Positions 53,045 to 64,000 of a stretch of 64,000 nt of DNA are shown in pieces; the stretch's first letter is position 1; each line of letters begins with the position of its first letter. The stretch lies in contig NC_087250.1 of NCBI RefSeq assembly GCF_037042905.1, forward strand, positions 8,372,001 to 8,436,000, read 5' to 3'. The position numbers and the translations under genes are program-made. The DNA comes from Lytechinus pictus. Its lineage: Eukaryota. The notes below the pieces were generated by a model. It searched no databases. It saw only the letters and a list, made by a program, of their open reading frames with translations, and was not told the DNA's origin.

Positions 53045-53670
53045 CCAAAAATGATCTCCAAGTCCAATGAATTAATACATTGGAAAAATTGCAAAGATCT
53101 GCGTTGATATTAATGAGTTTCTTGTCAGATGGAGAAAAATGGAAAATGGCACGCCGTATCGGAATACACCAGTCGGTCATTGTCGGTGGACTGTACTTTA
53201 TCGGTATATCACACACTCGTACGTCATCCCCGACCATTTGCCATACAGCAAAAGGTAGGGGATGGGACTACAGCACAGGTATGTGAGGCGTACTCATAGA
53301 CAAAATTTGTTATAAAAATGTAAAAGTAAGAGAGTTTGACTTACCAGTCTTTCCCCCCGAACCAAACGTTGATCTTCCTACCGTTGTTGCTGTAATTTAT
53401 CTTGGAATCAACGATATGATGAGTGCTTTATCAAAAGAAGAAGAGTCGACCGCGCCGCCAGTTCGGATTTTTTCCCCTTATGGTTTGTATTGTTAAACGT
53501 ACAGTATAAGGGAAGTATGGAAAGGTCTTTGTGCGCGCAAACTTATGGCAAATCAGGAGCGGTCACTGATCAGTATCCCAATGTTACATAATAAGCCTGT
53601 TACTCAGTGTTAGAACAACAAATTTGCAATAACAATTTAAAGCAACGGAGATCATTAATTTTGATTGGCT
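53045..53670 (-). promoter_or_regulatory. Candidate promoter and non-coding first exon(s) of paralogue B
   Basis: Homologous to 14449-14790. Minus-strand donors GTGAGT (53045) and GTAAGT (~53344), and a CCAAT box at ~53663. Confidence 0.4.
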
Positions 53671-55800
53671 GATAGTAAACTTGTTAAAGAAGTATGCATT
53701 TATTATCATAACAAGACTTAATGAAAAAGGGACCACGATCAATACAAATTCAATTTTTTTTTTTTTTTTTTTTTTTTTGGGGGGGGGGGGGGAGCTAGGC
53801 AGGGGGGGGGGAGATTGATCACCTGCTATCCTTAGAAGGGTCGTTTCTTTTTTTCTTCTTAATCTTAGTTAGGTTTGAGTAGAAATGACTACTGATTTAT
53901 ATTGTGAGAAAATAAGGCCGAACCTTATTTTCAAGCACATATGACATGTATAAAGAGCTCACTTGCAAAAGGGGTTAGATCCATATTTTTCATCAAATTT
54001 TACCTTTTTTTTTTCTCAATGTATAGACTTTTAGTAGCTCTATAAGATGACGCCAAAGAAAAGTTGAAAGTACCATTAAAAATTGAAATAAAATTGCCAA
54101 AAAAAAAAATCACTTTTTTTTTAAGGGGTTAGTTCCAATTCAGTTTTGTTGCAAAAGGCCGGGGTTCTAAAGGTCTACACAGATTTTTTTTCGGAAAAGA
54201 ATATTAAAAAATATATAACAGGTAGATTTCTTTTATACCAAATTTTATATTCTCATGGTAGGGTATCATGAAAATTTAGTTTCGCATAGGAATATTGCAA
54301 TGTGGGAGAATTGAAAAAAATATTTTCTTGAAGTGGACCTAACCCCTCTTGCAACCAAACTCTTCTGAAGAGCTCATTTGTCAAAAGGGGTTAGGTCCAT
54401 TTATCATAAATTTTATTGTTTTCTGTCTCAAAAACCTCTAAATTTTTAGTCGCTCTGATGATACCAAAGAAAATTTGAAATTCAAATGAAAACGTGAATA
54501 AAATTGGCGAAGAAAAATCACTTTTTTTAATCAAGAGAGATTGGATTCATTTCAGTTTATTTGCAAAAGGGGTTAGGTCCACCAATGATAATTTTTGAAA
54601 AAAAAAAAAAATTGAAGACAGGAAGATTTCTCTTATACCCGATTTTATGTTCACATGATAGGGTAGTACATCATGACAATTTAGTTTCTCAAAATAATAT
54701 TGCAATGATAGTGTGAAAGATGCTGAATATGATTCCTGCTAAGATACATGATGGTAGAGATTGTATTGAAATCAAAGACACTATAAGGGGAAGATGGGGC
54801 ACTTTGGTGATTTTTTTGAAATGCTCTATTTCATTCATGGGGAAGGGCATCAAACTTGGGTAATTTCATTCTAAAACGGTCATTTCTACGAACAAGCCCA
54901 AGCAGTTTTGATTTTCAAATGACGTTACACAAATAAAGTGGTAATTCAGGCTGAAAATGATCATATCTACATAGTTTAAATTCACCTACATGTAGCAGAA
55001 TGCTGAAATATTCCATTAAAAAATATCAAAGTTATTGAATTCTAGAGTTTATTGCATATTTGTGAAAAAAGATATGTGCATGCACCCCACCATGAATATT
55101 CATAAGATGGACTGATGTAATATCAATCATAAGGGAAAGAGTGGATATGACATCCATATTGTGTGCGGGAATGACAGATTGAATCCGATGACCGGGGTAA
55201 TAATTATATCTGTAAAGCGCTTAGACACGTTCCGATGTATTAAGCGCTATATAAAAGCGGATTATTATTATTATCATTACTTTCGCTTTTATTATGATTG
55301 ACATTTTATGAAATCATGATTACGACTTATTTCCATACATAATGTGTTTGGCACGTCTGTATTGTTAGAAAATACTTTGGAGGAATGAGTACCGGTATCT
55401 TACACATAATATCAGACGTCAATCCAATTTTTCAACTTTGGTATCTAATATAATTTCATATTATAAATACAAAATAATAAGTAGAAATATGACAAGCTGG
55501 CTCATTGCGTATTTATGAAATCTGTTTCACCAAAATAATGCCAAACATTAACATATTGTATCTTTGTTACTCCTAGTTCGATCAGGGTTTTTATTCATCA
55601 GAATTTACTTTAGCTATTCAAATCGTATTGTTTTTACTTAGCCTGGAGCATCCGCTTAGGGCTTACATGAACATCAGAAATAATAACAAAAAATAAAGAA
55701 CTCGACAAAATGCATTAATATTTTACCAGTTCTCTCTTTAATATGGCAACATTCTCGTAAAATACTTGTTTAGTTTACTCCTGATATTCTCTATAGTTAA

Positions 55801-56384
55801 AGGAGAATGAAACTCTTGGAGCAAGTTAGCTTTTGTGAAAGCAGAAAAATCAAAGAATAAGATCAACAAAAGTTTGAGTAAAATAGGACTAGCAATAGAA
55901 GAGTTATGAGCATTTGAATGTCGAGATCACTAATGCTATGGAGATCCTCCCATTGGCAACGCAACCAAGATCTATGATATCACAGATGAACAACTCTCCC
56001 CTTTTGGACACTGAAAATATACCCCAAAACAACTCTTTTTGCTCTTTCTAATCATATGACAAACGATTCATCAATGATATAATGTTGTGAAACCTCTGTA
56101 CTTGTCCTCTCATAAAGAGAACACCTCACCTTGTGATAGATTCTATAAAAGTGAGAATATAAGTGAAATAAGTACTAAAGCAATCAGGGAGTTGTACGTG
56201 TGTGACATCACAGATCTTGGTCGCATTGCCAATGGGAGGATCTACATGGCATTAGTGATCTCAATATTCAAATGCTCATAACTTTCTTATTATTCATTCA
56301 ATCTTCCTCAAACTTTCAACAATATGTTTCTTTGATTTTTCTCTTTGATATAGATTCAGCTGGTTTCAAGGGTTTCATTCTCCT
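55801..56384. mobile_element. Kolobok-like non-autonomous element
   Basis: TTAA TSD and AGGAGAATGAA TIRs. Absent at the paralogous site ~20242. Confidence 0.78.
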
Positions 56385-56675
56385 TTAATAATGCATTGAA
56401 TTCTGATCTGCAGCATTTCTCTCAGGTCACATGGTCCTAAAAATAAAGTGTACTTAAAAAAAAATAAAAGCACCATTCGTCAACTACTGAGAATTGATAA
56501 GAATACATGGCAAATAGGACGTATCAATCGTATGTCAGTAAATAATTTAAAATTTCCTTGTATGAGGAAATAAAAACAATCCATTCTCCATATAACTTCA
56601 GCAAGAGGCAATCATCTAACAGGGCGGTTTCTCTTTTACTACATGTATGCATAATAGGATACAATAATGTCTATA

Positions 56676-57487
56676 CAGTGCGTCACAGAAAAAACGAAAC
56701 CGAGATTAAGCGATGATTTATCATAACGTAATCACAAATACAACAGACAAATGACCTACCAATGTAAAGCTTAGAATCTCCTCTTTCATCTGATATTACT
56801 AAGATTATTCCTCATTCATTCATGAGCGAGCAAAAACAATTTGAAGAAAGGATACCAAAAAATAATTTGGCGGGGGGTATCTGAATTTCAAAAAGAAAAT
56901 CACATGCCTAAAAAGTTCAATATCTGCTCTTTTATTTGATACCTTAATCACAAAAAATGGTCAAGAAGTAAAAAAGTTATGTTCCCTCGAAACAAGGCTT
57001 GTATTTCCATAATTTCATTAAATAAACATGTTTTCACCGGTTTCCCACAGAAACTATCGCATGGTTAACAAAAGACTTAATGCATGGCTGATCGTTAACA
57101 AAACAGAGTGTCGAGTGAGTTTGAACGCTGGCCTTAAAACCTCTTCAATTTATGAAATTATTTAAATTCACAAGCCTTATTTCAAATACCCAGAACTTTA
57201 TTTTTTGACCATTTTCTGTAATTGAGGTATCAAATTAAAGAGCAGATATTGAACTTTCTAAAAATGTGGTTTTCTTCTTGAAACCCAGATACAGCCCGCC
57301 AAATGACTTTTTTGTATCCCCTCTTCAAATTTTTTTTTATCACTCATGCGTGAATGAGAAATAATCTAAGTAATTTCAGATGAAAGAGGAGATTCTAAGC
57401 TTTACAATGGTAGGTCATTTGTCTATTGTATTTGTGATTAAGTTATCATCGATAAATCTCGGTTTAGTTTTTTTGTGGGACGCACTG
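56676..57487. mobile_element. Tc1/mariner-type MITE
   Basis: TA|cagtgcgtcacagaaaaaacgaaaccgag ... ctcggtttagtttttttgtgggacgcactg|TA, with long internal inverted arms. Confidence 0.85.
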
Positions 57488-57623
57488 TATTATACTTATA
57501 TATAATTCATATTCATTGAATGATTTGATGCTAGAAGTATCAGTCAACCTTTGTTTTTATTCCAGGAGATGCCAGACAGTAAGTTTTTAAACAATTAAAG
57601 ATAGAAATGCAGTCCTTCAAAGA

Positions 57624-58082
57624 GGCTGTTCTCACTACGTTCCTAAAACCAGTTTACTGGAAACTAGTTTAGTGGAAACTAGTTTAACGCGTAGTGAGAA
57701 CGGTCAAAGCGGTCTTGGAAGCGATCTTCCAAACCAGTTTGGAAAACCACCTCGCGATGTAGATTTCAAGATCGCTTTGCCTCGTTAAAGTGGTTTTAGC
57801 GAAGTGAGGACAAAACCGTTCTTCGGGAAGCGATCTTCGCACATTTTGAGCGCGCTACTCCACACGACAGGTGTAGAATGCCTATGCTGCGGTTTCAAAT
57901 TTCGCGCGAAACGTGTCACCCCACTGAGAGCGTTTCCATACCAACAAGAGCGCTTTACGTGAAGTGATTTTGAAAACCACTTTCGTGTGATCAAGTGGAA
58001 ACGCTAGCAAAGCGATCTTCCATAGTGGTTTCCTGAATCGGTTTCCAGTAAACTAGTTTTAGAAAGCGTAATGAGAACGGCC
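57624..58082. mobile_element. Palindromic MITE (TSD ambiguous: TCAAAGA, or AAA with longer TIRs)
   Basis: ggctgttctcactacg ... cgtaatgagaacggcc. Empty site ttcaaagatgaaaaggg at ~22160. Confidence 0.7.
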
Positions 58083-58209
58083 TCAAAGACGAAAAAGGGA
58101 CAGCTGAATCAACATAGGCCTAGATCAAAACTCTTGAGAGAAAAAGAAATCCCCTGAAATGGAAATTCGGCAGAGAATATGAAGTGTGGGTTTTACTCTT
58201 TTTTTAATC

Positions 58210-59357
<1,148 letters not shown>

Positions 59358-61447
59358 CTATTCATAACATGCCTTACCATATTGATCACATATGAAGGGC
59401 TTTTTACCTGTATGAGTTTGTTTATGTGCAGTGAGCTGTTGTATTTGATTGAATGCCTCACCACATAGATTACATACATAGGGCGTTTCACCTGTGTGTA
59501 TGCGTTTATGTGTTTTAAGATGAGATTTATGATTAAATTCTTTACCACACTGATCACATACATGGGGCTTCTCACCAGTATGGACTCGTTTATGTCTTCT
59601 GAGGCTACTTTTTCGACTAAACACCATACCACATTGATCACATACAAAGGGTTTCTCACCTGTATGGATTCGTTTATGTCTAGTGAGATCTCGTATTTGA
59701 CTAAAAGCCTTCCCACATTGATCACATACACAGGGCTTCTCACCTGTATGGATGCGTTCATGTGTTTTAACATGAGATTTAAGCTTAAATGCCTTACCAC
59801 ATTGATCACAATGATAGGGCTTCTCACCTGTATGGATACTTTTGTGTACTATGAGATTGTTTTTTCCTTTAAATGCCTTACCACAATGATCACATACATA
59901 GGGCTTTTCACCAGTATGGACTCTTTTATGTATTGTAAGAGTACATTCATGATTAAATGCCTTACCACATTGATCACAAAGATAGGGCTTCTCACCTGTA
60001 TGGAACCGTTTGTGTGTTCTCAATGAACTTCCATCAGTAAATGCCTTACCACACTGATCACACTCATAGGGCTTCTCACCAGTATGGACTCGTTTATGTC
60101 TTCTGAGGGTACCTTTTCGACTAAACACCTTACCACATTGATCACATACAAAGGGTTTCTCACCTGTATGGATTCGTTTATGATTTGTGAGATCATTAGA
60201 TTGATTAAATGCATGACCACATTGATCACATACATAGGGCTTCTCACCTGCATGGATGCGTTTATGTGTTTTGAGACAAGATTCTTGATTAAATGCCTTA
60301 CCACACTGATCACACTCAAAGGGCTTCTCACCAGCATGGACTCGTTTATGGGTTGTGAGGCTACCTTTTTGATTAAACATCCTACCACATTGAACACATA
60401 CAAAGGGTTTCTCACCTGTATGGATTCGCATGTGTGTTCTCAATGAACTTCTAACACTGAATGCCTTACCACACTGATCACAAACATAGGGCTTCTCACC
60501 TGTATGGACTCGTTTATGTCTCGTGAGATCTCGTATTTGACTAAAAGCCTTCCCACATTGATCACATACATAGGGCTTCTCACCTGTATGGATGCGTTCA
60601 TGTGTTTTAACATGAGATTTAAGCTTAAATGCCTTACCACATTGATCACAATGATAGGGCTTCTCACATGTATGGATACTTTTGTGTACTATGAGATTAT
60701 TTTTTTCTTTAAATGCCATACCACAATGATCACATACAAAGGGCCTCTCACCAGTATGGACTCTTTTATGTAATGTAAGATTATATTCATGATTAAATTC
60801 CTTACCACACTGATCACATACATAGGGCTTCTCACCTGTATGGATACGTTTGTGCACTATGAGATTGATTTTTTCATAAAACGCCTTACCATATTGATCG
60901 CATACAGAGAGATTCTCACAAGTATGGAGTCTTTTATGTATTGTAAGAGTATAGTTACGATTAAATGCCTTGCCACACTGATCACAAACATATGGCTTCT
61001 CACCTGTATGGATCTGCTTGTGTCTTCTCAGTGTACTTCTATCACTTAATGCCTTACCACACAGATCACACTCAAAGGGCTTCTCACCTGTATGAGTTAG
61101 TTTATGGATTGTGAGGCTACCTTTTTGACTAAACATCCTACCACATTGAACACATACAAACGGTTTCTCATCTGTATGGATTCGTTTATGTGTTTTAAGA
61201 TGTGATTCAAGTATCATACTTTCCCAATTTCTTGTTTTCAAAATTCCCTTTTCACCATGAGTAAAATCATTAATTTCACACATAGATTTTCGTATTTCTC
61301 CTTCAACAAACTGTAGAATGCTTTCCTTTGACGCATATGATGGCAAGACAACACCATTAAGCCCATGTTTGTACTTGAGATGCCTTGCTAAGATGAGAGG
61401 AATAGCATAGACTGATCCACAATACTCGCATCTGTAGATTCCAGAAT
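59358..61447 (-). CDS. Paralogue C terminal exon: isolated C2H2 finger, spacer and ~20 intact tandem C2H2 fingers; upstream exons lie beyond the window
   Basis: Lies in ORF 59358-61454. The ttttcttgatag acceptor at 61448 is phase 1, as in paralogue B. The N-terminal finger and spacer are highly similar to B. Confidence 0.92.
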
Positions 61448-61695
61448 CTATCAAGAAAAAACAATATTACATATTCATCAATAATTTTAATGATTTATTG
61501 AGGTGACAGGTGCCCTATTACGTTCATCTATCATCAAAACTAAAATCCACCGCTATAACACGGGAACCCAAGTATCTCAGGCAACCCCTATTTTGTTTTC
61601 CTCATTTAATCAGTGGTCAGCACCTTGCAGCTTCCCATGAGAGATTATTTATTTCAGCCGTACTCCTCATTTTCTTACATCAGAGTTTAAACTTT

Positions 61696-62702
61696 AAACA
61701 AGTGGAATGCCTCTGGCCGTCTCACCTGCATCACGCGATTCAATATAGCAGCAGTGCTGATTTTGAAAACTACTATAACTCGCACAAGATGTTCAGTGAT
61801 ACTTGGTTACTCTTATTTCCACGTTTTATGAACTAGACCAATACACTTATAGAGATATGATGGCAATTCAACAAATACCCCCAACGTGGCCAAAGTTCTT
61901 TGACCTTACATGACCTTTGACCTTGATCATGTGACCTGAAACTTGCACAGGATGTTCAGTAATACTTGATTACTATTATGTCTAAGTTTCATGAATCAGA
62001 TCCATAAACTTTCAAAGTTATGATGGTAATTCAACAGATACCCCCAATTCGGCCAAAGTTCATTGACCCTAAATGACCTTTGACCTTGATCATGTGACCT
62101 GAAACTTGCACAGGATGTTCAGTAATACTTGATTACTATTATGTCTAAGTTTCATGAATCAGATCCATAAACTTTCAAAGTTATGATGGTAATTCAACAG
62201 ATACCCCCAATTCGGCCAAAGTTCATTGACCCTAAATGACCTTTGACCTTAGTCATGTGACGTGAAACTCATGCAGGATGTTCAGTGATACTTGATTAAC
62301 CTTATGTATAAGTTTCATGAACTAGGTCCATATATTTTCTAAGTTATGATGACATTTCAAAAACTTAACCTTAGGTTAAGATTTTGATGTAGATTCCCCC
62401 AACATGGTCTAAGTTCATTGACCCTAAATGACCTTTGACCTTGGTCATGTGACATGAAACTCAGGCAGGATGTTCAGTAATACTTGATTAACCTTATGGC
62501 CAAGTTTCATGAACTAGGTCCATATACTTTCTAAGTTATGCTGTCATTTCAAAAACTTAACCTCAGGTTAAGATTTGGTGTTGACGCCGCCGCCGCCGTC
62601 GCCGTCGCCGCCGCCGCCGCCGTCGCCGCCGCCGCCGCCATCGCCGCCGCCGTCGGAAAAGCGGCGCCTATAGTCTCACTCTGCTATGCAGGTGAGACAA
62701 AA
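61696..62702. mobile_element. Helentron-associated (HINE-like) element with 163-bp tandem repeats and a (GCC)n microsatellite
   Basis: Near-identical to 11634-12592. subTIR gtctcacctgcat/atgcaggtgagac and a 3' hairpin. Absent from the paralogue B intron at ~25450. Confidence 0.72.
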
Positions 62703-64000
62703 AAGGACAGGAAAAGATAGGAAATTATACTTCTTTAAAAATAATTCCATGTCCAAAAGTCATGAAGACCAAAATGAAAGTCTGAACGACGCAAAATTAC
62801 ACAGAATTCGCGATGTAAAAAATTTTAACTGAAAACTGGCCCTACAAGTTGCAAAGTGCTGGACACATGGGGAGCTAGCTGTGCTTTTTCTCTCTAGCTC
62901 TCTCTCCCCCTCTCAAGGAGGAAGATTACAGTGTGCCCCTATTTACTTTATCTCAGTTGTGTCCAAAAGTGGTTTCAAGTATAAATGCTAGGTTTTCACC
63001 ATGCTATATTACTGTGCTCAAAGGACTAGGTGTGTATATTACAAAGGGCAAGAATAACACACACAAGGGATCCTTGGAACATGGGAACGCTACATGAAAG
63101 GACTTGTCAGACATTTTATCCTACAAGTACAAGTACTGTTTTATCTGACAGTTACTATGGTAACAGTTCCTCTTAGCAAATCATAATCAAGGAAAGTTGT
63201 CAGACCTAAGAACTTGTCCGACGAAAATGTTGATGAAATCGCTCCTCAGATCTAACATTCCACATTTCACAACATATTAAAATAAAACATTTGCCAAAGC
63301 TGTTGTCATCTGAACCATCGTATCACACATGACGGTGAAAACCCATTTTAGAGAAAATCAGCTTCAAAGTTTACTATAATTTCTACCCTTTGTTCCCAGC
63401 CTTACAACATAATCCTTGAAAAAAAATACATGATTGGAAAGACCAAGACAATCACTTGACATTTGTAACTTCATTTTTATGTAAAACCAAGAATCAGAGA
63501 AAATATCGCAAAAGAGCTAAATACTTATAATTTTGGTTTGAGCCGTTTATATTTTCTTTGTACAAGACATAGGAAATGCGACAACCTTGACTGTGAATTC
63601 AATGCACGTCATCAGTCAAAACATTGTATCACTCTTTCACCTGCAAAGTCAATGACGGTTTGGCTTACCAAGTATTTGCATATTAAGTGAGCGCAGCTGT
63701 TGTTTAATTTGCTTTGCTACTGTACTCGTTTCCAATAGGACTTACACAGTTTATCAACAATTTGTAAGGCATCGCTGTGAAAATCCAAACATATCTAAGG
63801 AAAATAAAATAAATTGCTGCCTAGAAATTTTATCACATAAAGAACAGATCTTTTACTTTCAATTTCTGCAAAAATCTCAAAATCAATTTATTTTACCATA
63901 ATCGACTGATACAACGGTTCGGATGAGTGCCAACGATGTGATCTTACTCCTCAGTTTTCCAGACCCAAATATTACTGTAGCATTCTAGTTTTCAAGAGCC

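Overview
This is eukaryotic, AT-rich, intron-containing, transposon-dense DNA. It is probably from an invertebrate deuterostome such as a sea urchin, which is an inference from repeat style and KRAB type. The window holds a head-to-tail minus-strand cluster of three paralogues with a period of about 30-39 kb depending on copy-specific insertions. Paralogue B can be reconstructed completely with canonical, phase-consistent splice sites: 41767-41632, 40184-40089, 35701-35622, 35157-34740 and 25186-23088, giving 942 aa. It encodes a PRDM9/SSX-type ancestral KRAB (aKRAB) domain, an acidic linker, one isolated C2H2 finger and an array of 21 intact C2H2 fingers. I could not find an SSXRD or PR/SET exon. 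Paralogue A contributes only its KRAB-side exons (8.5-5.7 kb) and paralogue C only its zinc-finger exon (61.4-59.4 kb). The result looks like a clustered KRAB-zinc-finger-type family built on an ancestral KRAB, with rapidly turning-over finger arrays. The rest is nested transposable elements: a dead DIRS retroelement, Harbinger-, Kolobok-, piggyBac-, Tc1/mariner-, P- and MULE-like elements, Helentron-associated tandem-repeat elements, LINE and SINE fragments, a solo LTR and large foldback palindromes. Many are delimited precisely by empty sites in the paralogous copy.
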